A stretch of DNA of 51,663 nt from the NCBI GenBank assembly GCA_023247085.1, contig JAHFHC010000005.1, forward strand, positions 1-51,663. The letters are read 5' to 3'. Of this stretch, positions 28,901-38,259 are shown one piece after another. The position numbers were made by a program, and so were the translations under genes. The notes below the pieces were generated by a model. It worked only from the letters and a program-made list of their open reading frames with translations. It was not told the DNA's origin and made no database searches. Origin of the DNA: Candidatus Micrarchaeota archaeon. GTDB taxonomy: Archaea > Micrarchaeota > Micrarchaeia > Norongarragalinales > UBA8480. How positions within the stretch are numbered: the stretch's first letter is position 1; every line of letters begins with the position of its first letter.

Positions 28901-31900
28901 ATCTGCTACTAGTGTTATAGCGTCTTTTGTGCACTCTTCAATTTGCACTGCGTCTTTAATTGCTTCGCGTGAAAAGCCAAGCCCTTGGTTGTAGCCAAAT
29001 TGTTGTGGGCCATAAAATGAGCCGGGTAAAACGGGTTGTACTCCAAAGCGTTGGCCGTATAAGTTAGAACCGTAGCCATAGTCATCGCGGTAAACTGCGC
29101 CGGCTGTTCTATCGAAGCCAATGCGTTGTCCAACTGGTTGTCCAACGAACCCTTGGCCGCATTGGGGCATGAAAGCGGGGTTTTGGTTAACTGAATAGCC
29201 TTGGCAAGCTAGTGGTGACATGAATGCGTTTTGTTGGTACATTGAAAAGGCGGTTTGGCACATTTGGCAAGTTGCGCCTGTATTCCAGTATGGTAGTGAG
29301 CTGCTTGTCGGTGCAGTGATTTGGTGTGGCGAGCATGCTCCGCAACTCCAAGTTGATGGCTTGACTTGTTGGCAGCCATTGCATTCTGAAGCGCCATTTT
29401 GTGAGGGTGAACAAACGTCGCATGACCAAACGTTTGGTGTTGGTAAACCGGCTAGTACTCCTTGTTGGTAAGTTTGACCGCCGTAGCCATATGCTCCTTG
29501 CGAGTATGCACCGCCGTAGGTTATTCTTAATCCATCTAAGCTGCAAGTTGGGTCTGCGGATAAACGTAGTGGGATTGTTGCTGCATCTGACATGTACGGA
29601 GGAACGGGTATAAGTGTAATTGATGGCGGTAAAGGCGCGGAATTTGCCCCAGTTGCAACTTGAACTTGGCAATTTGGACAATTTACATCAACTAGAATTG
29701 GCATTTCTGAAACATCGCGAACTGTTCCAATTCTTGCGTTGAATGAGACGATGCAATTTGTTTTTGACGTTACATTGTCAAGTACTTTTAATGAAAGAGT
29801 TGATTCGCTGTTTGGTTCAATTGTTGTTGAAGTGGGGAATATCTTTAATGGAACTGGATCGCCACCACAGTTTATTGTAGAGCCAACTTTTACTGGTTCG
29901 TTTAACCCATTTGAAAGTGTAACATGTTGTGCTTGTGGTTCAAGAGAAGAACCTGTGAATTCAAGTGTGTCTGGTGTGATTGTTAAAAAGTTTTTAGGTA
30001 CAACTGTAACTGCACAGCTTTCAAATGGCGCAAAGTCCGGGTGTTCAACCCTTACCCCAATTTCGCCTATTCCACTTGGGGAAACGTCTATTCTGTAGCG
30101 ACCGTTTAACCCGTTGTTGTTTGTCGCGTCGCCAAGCACTTGTTCGGGTTCACTGCCTGAAAATGGTGCGCCGCTGCATTCATATGTGCTTATTGAAGCG
30201 TCGGTTACGAAGTTTCCTGTTTTGTCTCGGACTAGGATAGTTATTTTGCCGGGTTGCAAGGCGTTGATTTGCGCTGGTGCAGTTGTAACTGTAAATGCGT
30301 TTGTCCCGCTGATTGAAAGTGTTAAAGGGATTTGATAGACTTTGTCACCGCTGTGTAAGATTATTGTAAATGGAGTGCTTTGACTGGTTCTCAATGGCAA
30401 TAAGGTTAAGGAGAGTTTGGCTTTTTTGTTTGGTAACACTGAAAATGGCAAACTAAATGTTTTGCCGCTTGTTGCGGGCGGTACAGTTGTTTCACTCGTT
30501 GTTTCTCCTATAAACGAAATTTTTTGTGATGGTGCAAGCACTTGTTTAAAGTTTTTCACTGTGAAGTCGTTTGTTGAAATTGCAATTGAGTCAATTGAAA
30601 ATCCAGAGAGGATTTCAAATTCTGCGTTTAATTCTTTTGCTATTTGTGGTTGGAATGTCGAGGGGGTACCGCGGCTAGTTGAATCGAACAACGACATTTT
30701 CCAGCAGTAGTCTGCTTCGTTGCTGCAAGTTAGTGCTTGTTGTGAAACTGGGATCGTTTGCGAAACGAGACGCATGTTGCAAGTATCTGATTGTGAGAGT
30801 GTTTGTCCAGCGTCTAGTTTTTCGCGCAGTGTTTGTAGTAATTCAGTGTCGCTTGGGTACAATAATGGCCGGTTGTCTTTGAATGCAAATGCTTTGTAGA
30901 AGAGGTTGACATTTGTCCCTGGAGCCGCTGTTTTAGCTACTTTGACGTTTATTGAAAATTCTTTTGTGCCAGTAAAGCCACGTGGGAATGCATACTGGAG
31001 CCACTTTTTGTCTGTGTTTGGTGATGGTTGTCCATCGTAGCAAGTCTCATTTGCAGGTAACTGGGAATCACCTTGCACTAATGGTGAGCTGCTTGTGTCA
31101 AAAGAAGTGATTGTAGCTATGCTTGTGCTGGTGTCTTGTTCGTCGCCAGCTTGGAAGTAGAAGCCCGCGTTTTCGATGTTTTGTGGCATGTTTACTGCAA
31201 ATTTAGCAGCATAGGTTTCCCCGTTTTGTACTTCGCGAATTTTTGTATTGCGAGAGTCAAATAACCCAAGGTAAGATACGGTTACTCCTTGTGCAAGTGA
31301 AAGTGGGAACATTGATAGTGTTAAGTTTGCGAGTTCAGCTGGCCCGTATTTCTTTGTTGTTGAAGTGTAAGACAAGTAGCCAGGCGCAGTCGCGTGTAGT
31401 GTGAATTCTTTGTTTGCAGCAACTGGCAAAACGCAAGTTCCATTTTGAACTGTGCAGCTTACAACTGGCAGGCCGCCAACAAATACATCTATTGCTCCAT
31501 TTGGAACAAATTGGCCGGTTGATAAATCGCTGAGGAAAATAGTGAGATTTGCAGGTTGTTCAAGCAAGTCTATTGATAGCGGTATTGGCGTTGAGGAAAC
31601 ATCCGCTAAGTCGCTTTGTCCAAAAGCTGATGCTTTAGAGGCTTTTGCATAAACTTTGTAGGCACCGGCGCCAGTGTTTGCGGCGGATCCAGTTGGAGCT
31701 AGTGTTGTGGGTATTGTTGCGTTTACAAAACCTTCTGCACTTGCAGTTAGTGGAGGTATGCCGAGAAAGAATCCACCTGACCTAAATAGACTAACAACTG
31801 CGTTTGAAGCTGGGAATCCATCTTGTTTGACGTTTATTGTTACTTGCACTGAATTGCCAGTTGCAGCTTTAATTAATGAAATTGTTTTAACGTCTCCAGC

Positions 31901-33088
31901 TTGTAAGTCAGAGATAAAGCCAGGCAAATAGCCATTGGCATAAGCAGTTGCGTATACGCTTTTACCTTGAACCACACTTGTTGTGAACTCCCCATTTGCA
32001 GCGGTTTCTCCATTTTCAAGTAGCGAGTTTGCTGCAGCGTCGAATAACCTCACTTCAGCACCTACTGGCTCACGGTCTTCGCCTACAACAGTCAAAGTAA
32101 TTGTGGACTCTGGAGTTGCACGGGTCGTTAATTTAATTGTAGCATTATTGCTGGTTGCTGAAGGGATAAATTCTTTGCTCGCATCTGCAAAGCGAGGGTG
32201 AGTTACACGCACAGTGTAGCTTTTGCCGTATGAAACGTTTTGAAAACGAACTGAACCGTCAGAAGTGGTTGCTTCTGTTTTCACAACTGCTTCAGTTATA
32301 AGGTCAATTAATGAAACCCGCGCGCCTTGCACGCCAGTTGAGCCAGTTAGCACAAAAATTGAAACATCTCCAGATGAAGTTGGCGCAGCTACTTGTAGCG
32401 AAACGGTAATTGTTATTGGAGTATCTGATTCAAGTTGACCTTGAGTTACTGGCTCTTGAGTTGACTGGAACCCAGGCGCAGATACGCTTACAGTGCCTTG
32501 CGATAGTTTTGACTCTTCTATTGTAATTAATGCAGTTCCACTTGCATCAGTTTGTTTTTGAGTTGAAAAATCTCCATTGGCAAATGCGATTTGTACAAAG
32601 GCACCGTTTATCGGTTGGCTGCTTTGATCTAGTATTTTTATTGAAACGTCTTTTGTTGGCGGGGATAACGATTGAAGGGAAATAAACGGCGAAGTGCGGG
32701 AAGCTAAATCTGCAACGCTTCTAGTAGTGGGTGAAAATCCAGGCGCGGATATTCTTACTTGTGCATTTGAAGGCACGCCTTTTAAACTAACTGTTCCGCT
32801 TGCGCTGCTTGTTTGAGAAAGGGAAGATACTGATTGATTGTTAACTAATACGTCAACAGTTGCACTTGAAACTGGTAAACCCCGTGCATCTTTTACAGTG
32901 AATGAAATGTCTTTTTTTTCAACAGCTAAATCTGGAACAAGTAAAAACGCGAGGCCTGCAACTAACAGAATTATAACAAGTGGGACAACGAGGTGCGGCA
33001 ACGGCACTCCTTTTTCGCGTAGTGACTCAACAAATTCGAGGTATTTTTCTTTTATTTTTTGTAAGGGAGTTTTTTCCTCTTCAGCCAT
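25943..33088 (-). CDS. Giant membrane-anchored surface protein, 2381 aa (paralog 3)
   Basis: EKGVPLP plus TM helix, carboxypeptidase-regulatory-like repeats, shared GD...NNG.NG.Y motif with paralog 2, central CxxC/GYQ-rich region, C-terminal hydrophobic segment. Confidence 0.9.
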   Translation of the reverse strand: MAEEEKTPLQKIKEKYLEFVESLREKGVPLPHLVVPLVIILLVAGLAFLLVPDLAVEKKDISFTVKDARGLPVSSATVDVLVNNQSVSSLSQTSSASGTVSLKGVPSNAQVRISAPGFSPTTRSVADLASRTSPFISLQSLSPPTKDVSIKILDQSSQPINGAFVQIAFANGDFSTQKQTDASGTALITIEESKLSQGTVSVSAPGFQSTQEPVTQGQLESDTPITITVSLQVAAPTSSGDVSIFVLTGSTGVQGARVSLIDLITEAVVKTEATTSDGSVRFQNVSYGKSYTVRVTHPRFADASKEFIPSATSNNATIKLTTRATPESTITLTVVGEDREPVGAEVRLFDAAANSLLENGETAANGEFTTSVVQGKSVYATAYANGYLPGFISDLQAGDVKTISLIKAATGNSVQVTINVKQDGFPASNAVVSLFRSGGFFLGIPPLTASAEGFVNATIPTTLAPTGSAANTGAGAYKVYAKASKASAFGQSDLADVSSTPIPLSIDLLEQPANLTIFLSDLSTGQFVPNGAIDVFVGGLPVVSCTVQNGTCVLPVAANKEFTLHATAPGYLSYTSTTKKYGPAELANLTLSMFPLSLAQGVTVSYLGLFDSRNTKIREVQNGETYAAKFAVNMPQNIENAGFYFQAGDEQDTSTSIATITSFDTSSSPLVQGDSQLPANETCYDGQPSPNTDKKWLQYAFPRGFTGTKEFSINVKVAKTAAPGTNVNLFYKAFAFKDNRPLLYPSDTELLQTLREKLDAGQTLSQSDTCNMRLVSQTIPVSQQALTCSNEADYCWKMSLFDSTSRGTPSTFQPQIAKELNAEFEILSGFSIDSIAISTNDFTVKNFKQVLAPSQKISFIGETTSETTVPPATSGKTFSLPFSVLPNKKAKLSLTLLPLRTSQSTPFTIILHSGDKVYQIPLTLSISGTNAFTVTTAPAQINALQPGKITILVRDKTGNFVTDASISTYECSGAPFSGSEPEQVLGDATNNNGLNGRYRIDVSPSGIGEIGVRVEHPDFAPFESCAVTVVPKNFLTITPDTLEFTGSSLEPQAQHVTLSNGLNEPVKVGSTINCGGDPVPLKIFPTSTTIEPNSESTLSLKVLDNVTSKTNCIVSFNARIGTVRDVSEMPILVDVNCPNCQVQVATGANSAPLPPSITLIPVPPYMSDAATIPLRLSADPTCSLDGLRITYGGAYSQGAYGYGGQTYQQGVLAGLPTPNVWSCDVCSPSQNGASECNGCQQVKPSTWSCGACSPHQITAPTSSSLPYWNTGATCQMCQTAFSMYQQNAFMSPLACQGYSVNQNPAFMPQCGQGFVGQPVGQRIGFDRTAGAVYRDDYGYGSNLYGQRFGVQPVLPGSFYGPQQFGYNQGLGFSREAIKDAVQIEECTKDAITLVADYSFLQQPVPATGNLKVTLPDGSTKNVRVNVISAPIGPVGQIPFGAPNWNTACGISSVAVDAQIGLDYKFLANVVTQLTCPLSFTNFNYVVKDKDNNPLSQSCTVNINNNELTVNCDFSKDDKAKETLKRDKFIFIEVNTMSPQNPSAQIKVTIKATFETQAKLESDTTKVQPPVRAKVLRPTINVYAKADTGKEDSLCGERIQVKTPVVVDYTFPDGDSPTDRKLLIKNGGVQILDRPVSEQKSSFDFLDFNTIGSYSFEAWTKYGENSVSDSCQVTVVTEAPIIKSITPSYFLSADSKNYEWVYLFPESTTQVGTRVTLDAAAINLRGINSPNLKAKIEYLCQDGDKSIITQEYNFVKTKDGKNYVIDKARAGALPSLRFVKCSPLVNSNIPYLVKVTVFNNKDKLEEKYYDENNKPVDINKAAHVYILNYPEAPPINDQGKSALPEPISGLDACGRLNAPDISAIELTEEYPSGSGDFMRVVGSESLTPNKKMRATFCTTNRKYFSKEITLNLEYYDTTGAQRRIPIFEVNPPLATPLCVLDNNGKCSFEFNTNDFISPDAIHRLNLATPKGISFFATIGDPIESKRYFCNYWPSQTDPVCNSDKVEFKVATQNDAYAQNSHCRMLQPGNPNMLECDLKPTDQVKLPIGITVNTKAPSDYQGESTRDVDIDVKATFDDPAKTEEPDCNPNSLFAASFSTASQGKEIVCSLGGTGSSLGEKTELVAIKFIKKLTAGEDAFGWPTDHPLSLLRVQFYSIFGTNDDWLEKYYHYNFDLRNENGQLVREARYRSTPMQPPLYPTDTSKFGLYDLGINDVVKTHFSDSTGIVRYVGSNPETHLSHFEVRRRDYGVIQDCQPGPVGEAIVGSIAGSLLCFAPALNIAACPIILGSLGGLATFTTIQTLNNPKDPFSLLVSDTATCDASGTNPDIAISELFRAVPTSATTDISSSACVLIGSDASDAEDLMNQYANDYRAKCDLSKADAK

Positions 33089-33204
33089 TTAAAAGCACAT
33101 CACTTGAACAAACACTTAGACAAACGCTTGAACGCTTGCGTACACTTGCTAGTATAGTTGTCACTTTGTTTATTTAAAAACTATTGTGAATACACCGCAG
33201 GATA

Positions 33205-34713
33205 TTAAGGGGATTTGTATTTCAAAATCGCTGTTGAACAAAACGCATTGTCGGTGCGCGGGTTAACGCGAAAAGTTGGGTTGCGGTCAAGTAATTTCAT
33301 GTGAATGCGCAGTTGTGCATCTGGCCCAAAGTAAGGATAAAACTCCGGAGTTGCGAGGAAAATATTTGCAGATTGGCTGACAGCGTTTTCAATCTCTGTT
33401 CTTGCAGCTGGCTCGCATGTTAGTGAACCGCCGCTTTTTGAACAAATTCCAACTGGTTGTAATACTGAATTTAACACTTGTACATCGATGTCATTTGGAA
33501 GTGCTCTTTGAAATGCATTGAGAAACACGTGTTGGTAAAATAACTCGCCGAGTTTTGGTTTTGTATCAGGCGAATCTTCACGCGTTGTTCCGCTTGAACC
33601 TCTGAACGCAAAGCTTTCGCGTAACCTAGCTGCATCAGTACAAATGGCATCAGGTGCGCGGCATATCCCATCTAATACCCCTTCGCGGTCTTGGTCGGGT
33701 ATCCCCACTTGGTCGCCGTATGCAAGGAATTTATACGCATTGAATGACGTATCCAGGTATCTGAACAACGGGAAGTTGATTGGGATTAGCAACTCGTTTG
33801 CGTCGCCAAGTGCACCTGCGCGTAAGTAATTACCGTCATCGTCTTTAACTTGTATGCGAGGTAAACTTTCGAAAACTTGCGGGTTTCCTGGCGCTAAGTC
33901 TACATAGAAAATTCCAGTTTCGCAGCCAGGAATAATTTTTTCTGCAGGACACGCTGAGCCAAGCTCTACATCATCTTTGCAACATTGCAAGTTTCCTTCT
34001 GCAAATGCAGCGCAGTCAATTGTAACGCTTTTTAGCAAATTGTGACAATTAGAAATATAGCGCGTTATGTCAGCGTGGCCATCTGCTTGACGTGGTGAAA
34101 AGAACTCTTGGAATTTTTCAGCATTACTTGGCGATAGTGTCATCCCTTCAAAGTTAAACTCTTGGTTTATATTAGCAAGAAAGTTTTGCAAACCGTATTG
34201 GCGCGTGTCGCCAGCACATCTGCGCAAACAATTTGCATCTAACCCCGTCGGGGTATTGCATGAATTTATACACGCTGAATCAGCGGCTTCTCCGGTGTTT
34301 GAGCAGATAATCGTGTAAACTGTTTGCTTGATGTTTTGGCACCGGTCAAAACGAGCTTGCTTGTAATTCAATTGCTTTTGTTCAGGCGAATCAGTTGGAG
34401 CGTTGTTGACTTGTATGTCAAATAAGTTCCAGCATTCGCTTGTAAGCGCTTGTTCAATTACTGCTTTGACATCTTCTTTGAAAAGTGAACCAGCGTCCAG
34501 ACGGTATAGTTCTACAATTGCAGTAATTCTATTGTGGTATGCCTCTTGTGAAACTTGCGTAATCGCGTTGCTCTCGCTCTTATCTACATTAACAACAAAC
34601 ACGAGCGCAGTGATAAAAATAATCGTACCAATTAATGGCGCCGCAATAAACGCTCTTTTTCTTTTGCAAAGAAAAACGTTTTTTAGTTCCGAAAAGAAGC
34701 GGTGAAACAACAT
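33205..34713 (-). CDS. Large Cys-rich pilin-like protein with class III signal peptide
   Basis: KRKRA/FIAAPLIGTIIFITALVFVV; many Cys; start placed at ATG 34713 (the track starts at 34761). Confidence 0.65.
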   Translation of the reverse strand: MLFHRFFSELKNVFLCKRKRAFIAAPLIGTIIFITALVFVVNVDKSESNAITQVSQEAYHNRITAIVELYRLDAGSLFKEDVKAVIEQALTSECWNLFDIQVNNAPTDSPEQKQLNYKQARFDRCQNIKQTVYTIICSNTGEAADSACINSCNTPTGLDANCLRRCAGDTRQYGLQNFLANINQEFNFEGMTLSPSNAEKFQEFFSPRQADGHADITRYISNCHNLLKSVTIDCAAFAEGNLQCCKDDVELGSACPAEKIIPGCETGIFYVDLAPGNPQVFESLPRIQVKDDDGNYLRAGALGDANELLIPINFPLFRYLDTSFNAYKFLAYGDQVGIPDQDREGVLDGICRAPDAICTDAARLRESFAFRGSSGTTREDSPDTKPKLGELFYQHVFLNAFQRALPNDIDVQVLNSVLQPVGICSKSGGSLTCEPAARTEIENAVSQSANIFLATPEFYPYFGPDAQLRIHMKLLDRNPTFRVNPRTDNAFCSTAILKYKSP

Positions 34714-34776
34714 AAATGTAAAAAGCAGCTTGGATATAAAGTGGTTTGGACTTCCTGCCAAAGCTTTTGCTCAATT

Positions 34777-35280
34777 TCACTCAAAATAGTACCAAATCGC
34801 GTAGTAAGTAACTAGCCCGATTATCAACACCGCACGGAAAAGCGCTTCGTGTAATGGCTCAAACCACGGCGTGCCAAAACTATTTATTGTAAATGCAATT
34901 CGACTTGCGTTGAACAAAATAAAAAACAATAAACCCACAACGATTCCTTTTATGCGCTGTTCAATTGTTTTGTCTCGACTCGCAGCAATAAACCCAATTA
35001 ACAGCGCAAGTTCAAGGCCGCCTGAGCATAAGTTGCTTATCTCTGCATCAAGACTCGGCATAATTAAATGAAAGGCACCATTTTGGCTGGCAATTATAGC
35101 GGTTTTTCCAAGAAAAGATAGCAAGAATTGCGACAAGTGCGCTGCGATTTGGTGGAGAATAGTTGTAGCTGAAAACAGCAAGTAAAGCGGAACGGTTATT
35201 ATCGCGGTATCAAGTATAAACTGGCCGACTTGTTTCGCTGTTTCTTTAACTCGCCTTTGATGTGTGGTTTTTTTAACCAT
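34777..35280 (-). CDS. Archaeosortase/exosortase family transpeptidase-like membrane protein
   Basis: EISNLCSG (catalytic Cys), FNASRI (Arg) and LHE (His) in a multi-TM protein; start placed at ATG 35280 to avoid overlapping leuS. Confidence 0.8.
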   Translation of the reverse strand: MVKKTTHQRRVKETAKQVGQFILDTAIITVPLYLLFSATTILHQIAAHLSQFLLSFLGKTAIIASQNGAFHLIMPSLDAEISNLCSGGLELALLIGFIAASRDKTIEQRIKGIVVGLLFFILFNASRIAFTINSFGTPWFEPLHEALFRAVLIIGLVTYYAIWYYFE

Positions 35281-35342
35281 GTTTATCCTTTGGTTATACT
35301 CGTAGTTTTCGTTTATTAACTTAGAGTGTGGTTTATCAAACA

Positions 35343-38192
35343 ATGGTTGACTTTAAACAGATTGAAAACAAATGGCAAGAGAAATGGTATAGTGAAAATG
35401 TTTTCGAACCAAAAATTGAAAAAGGGAAAAAGAAATTTTTCTTCACTGTGCCATATCCATACGTTTCAGGCCCGTTGCACGCTGGCCACGGCCGCACATA
35501 CGTAAATGGAGATATAATCGCTCGATTCAAACGCATGAATGGCTTTAATGTCCTGTGGCCAATTGCATTTCACATCACCGGCACACCAGTACTTGCAGTT
35601 AGTGGAAAAATCGCGGCTGGAGATGAAGCGACGATTAAACTTTTCGAAAGCTATGTGTCGATTTACGAAGAAGATAAGACAAAGGTTCCCGAGATTGTAC
35701 GGAGTTTTAAGGAGTCGTGGAACCTCGTTAACTACTTTTCCAGCAAAATGGTTTTTGACTTTAAGTCAATGGGCTTTTCTCTTGATTTATCGCGACAGTT
35801 TACAACAGGCGATAAGGAGTATAACGCATTTGTAACTTGGCAGTTTCACAAGTACAAAGAAAAAGGCTACTTAACACAAGCAGGTTACCCGATACTTTAC
35901 TGCATAAATGATAAGAATGCAGTTGGCGAAGATGATATTCAAGATGCCGACATTGAACCAGTTGAAGTACAGAAGTTCATTGCAGTTAAATTTCAATTAC
36001 CAGACAAGCGGTTTCTGGTAAGCGCAACCCTTCGCCCAGATACAGCATATGGAATTACAAACGTCTTTGTAAAACCCGACTCGCTTTACGTTGAAATTGA
36101 ATTGACATTAAACGGAAAAAAAGAAACGTGGATTATCGCAAAGCAAGCAGTTGAAAAATTAAAACTACAAAATATAGAGCTGAAAGTCAAAAAAGAAGTT
36201 TATGGAAAAGAATTTGTTGCAAAAAGCGTAACAACACCAACTGGGTTAGTTGTGCCTGTACTTCCTGCTGAATTTGTTTCAGAGGATAATGGCACCGGAG
36301 TAGTGCATTCTGTTCCAGCTCATGCGCCGTTTGATTTAGTTGCAATTGAAGAGTTAAAACGCGATGAAAAAACCCTGGCAAAGTACCCGGAGTTAAAAGA
36401 AAAGACAAACGCAATTAAGCTGATTTCAGTTTTGCGCACTGAAGGTTATTCTGAATTTCCAGCACTTGACCTCGTAACTAAGTATAATGTAAAAACTACA
36501 AAACAAGCGGATGTATTAAACAAAATTACAAAGCAGCTTTACAAAGATGAATTTTATGGAGGGAAAGTTGTAAACAGCGGCGAATTCGACGGGCTAAGTG
36601 ACGAAGACGCTAAAGAAAAAATGGGCGAGTGGCTAGAAAAAACCGGTAAGGGATATCACATTTACGAGACATCTCGTTCAGCTAAATGCAGGTGTAATGG
36701 CAAAGTAATTGCAGCTGTGATGAAGGATCAATGGTTTTTGGATTTCAACGCAAAGGGATGGAAAGAAAAATCGTCAAATGCATTGAAAAAAATGAAGGTT
36801 TATCCCACGAATTTCAGAAAACAATTTGAAGATACTTTTGCTTGGCTTGACAAGCGGCCATGCGCGCGCCGTAGAGGCTTAGGTACTCAATTGCCATTTG
36901 CAAACGAATGGATAATTGAGTCACTTTCTGATTCAACTATTTATCCCGCATTCTATACCATAATCAAAGAGATACGCCACCTCGAGTTGAAACCATCGCA
37001 ACTTACTCCCGAGTTTTTTGATTACGTTTTACTTGGTAAAGGCAATGCTGGCGAAATAGCGAAGAAAATCAAATGCAAACCCACTGATCTCGACGCAATC
37101 AGAAAACAATTTGAATACTGGTACCCTTGTGACCAACGGCATACCGCAATTGCACACATCACTAATCACTTGTCGTTTTACATTTTTGCCCACACTGCTA
37201 TTTTTGAAGAAAAATACTGGCCAAAAGCAATCACCGTAAACGAATTACTCATTAGTGAAGGGACAAAGATGAGCAAAAGCAAAGGAAACGTGGTTACACT
37301 TGACGATATTCGCAGGAATTACTTTGCAGATCTTTATCGGATGTATTCTGTTGCAACAGCTGATTTTGCAAGCGTGCTTGATTTTCGTAAAAAGGACGTT
37401 GAAAATTCGCGCAAAAGCGTTACTCGACTGTATAACACAGTTGAACAAATGATCGAACTCGGCAAAAGAAAGACCGAAAAAGGAACGGACTTAAGTGCGT
37501 GGATAATTAGTAAATTTGAAAATAGTTTAAAGAATATCACTGCAAGTATTGAAAGTTTTGAAGTGCGCCAATATGCACAAACTGCGGTTTATGGAATTTT
37601 GAATGATTGGGATTATTTTGCGCGCAGGGCAAGCGATGAAGAGAAGGCGACTGCGGCTAAGCATATTTGCAAAAAATGGATCTTAATGCTAAATCCAATC
37701 ATGCCACACTTAAGTGAAGAGTTATGGGAGAAAAGTGGAGAAAAAGGATTTGCAAGTTCCTCGCACTGGCCAGTTGTTGAAGAAAAATTAATCAACGCAG
37801 ATGTTGAACAGCGTGAAGAGTTTGTAAAAAACGTTTTTGACGATGTAAAAAACATTAAAGAATTGATTACGCGTAAGGGCAAGAAAGTAACCAAATGTAC
37901 TCTAATAGTAGCAAGCGAAGTTAAATGGAAGGAAGTTTTAGCTGCATTGAAGCACGATAAGTTGGAAGATGCGAAAGTTTCTGAACATTTACAGAAGTAT
38001 TTGGAGAAGAATTTTTACGCTTTGAAAGAACGACACATAGAAAAAATTGACGAAAACCGCGCATTGTCAGAAGCAAAAGAATTCTTCAAAGGAGAACTTT
38101 CGCTAGATATAACAATAGAAAAAGAAGAGGATAGTAAAAGCGAGAAAAAAGAAAGAGCAGCGCCGTTAAAGCCAAGCATTTTGTTGGAATAA
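35343..38192 (+). CDS. leuS: Leucine--tRNA ligase (archaeal/eukaryotic type)
   Basis: PYPYVSGPLHAGH (HIGH), ATLRPDT and GTGVVHSVPAHAPFD editing domain, WIIESLSDSTIY, KMSKSKGN; likely start MVDFKQIE at 35343. Confidence 0.97.
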   Translation: MVDFKQIENKWQEKWYSENVFEPKIEKGKKKFFFTVPYPYVSGPLHAGHGRTYVNGDIIARFKRMNGFNVLWPIAFHITGTPVLAVSGKIAAGDEATIKLFESYVSIYEEDKTKVPEIVRSFKESWNLVNYFSSKMVFDFKSMGFSLDLSRQFTTGDKEYNAFVTWQFHKYKEKGYLTQAGYPILYCINDKNAVGEDDIQDADIEPVEVQKFIAVKFQLPDKRFLVSATLRPDTAYGITNVFVKPDSLYVEIELTLNGKKETWIIAKQAVEKLKLQNIELKVKKEVYGKEFVAKSVTTPTGLVVPVLPAEFVSEDNGTGVVHSVPAHAPFDLVAIEELKRDEKTLAKYPELKEKTNAIKLISVLRTEGYSEFPALDLVTKYNVKTTKQADVLNKITKQLYKDEFYGGKVVNSGEFDGLSDEDAKEKMGEWLEKTGKGYHIYETSRSAKCRCNGKVIAAVMKDQWFLDFNAKGWKEKSSNALKKMKVYPTNFRKQFEDTFAWLDKRPCARRRGLGTQLPFANEWIIESLSDSTIYPAFYTIIKEIRHLELKPSQLTPEFFDYVLLGKGNAGEIAKKIKCKPTDLDAIRKQFEYWYPCDQRHTAIAHITNHLSFYIFAHTAIFEEKYWPKAITVNELLISEGTKMSKSKGNVVTLDDIRRNYFADLYRMYSVATADFASVLDFRKKDVENSRKSVTRLYNTVEQMIELGKRKTEKGTDLSAWIISKFENSLKNITASIESFEVRQYAQTAVYGILNDWDYFARRASDEEKATAAKHICKKWILMLNPIMPHLSEELWEKSGEKGFASSSHWPVVEEKLINADVEQREEFVKNVFDDVKNIKELITRKGKKVTKCTLIVASEVKWKEVLAALKHDKLEDAKVSEHLQKYLEKNFYALKERHIEKIDENRALSEAKEFFKGELSLDITIEKEEDSKSEKKERAAPLKPSILLE

Positions 38193-38201
38193 AACCAAAA
38201 A

Positions 38202-38248
38202 GTAGTGCCTACGTTTTCTCGAAATCTTTAAATATTAGTAGGCACTAC
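38202..38248. promoter_or_regulatory. 11-bp perfect inverted repeat flanking the TATA box of the fic gene
   Basis: GTAGTGCCTAC (38202-38212) and GTAGGCACTAC (38238-38248) enclose TTTAAATA at 38227-38234; the ATG is at 38260. Confidence 0.7.
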
Positions 38249-38259
38249 AAATAATAGGC

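Noticed and set aside
29270-29430. CxxC cluster as a multiheme cytochrome or DnaJ zinc finger
   Set aside because: No CxxCH and no CxxCxGxG pattern.
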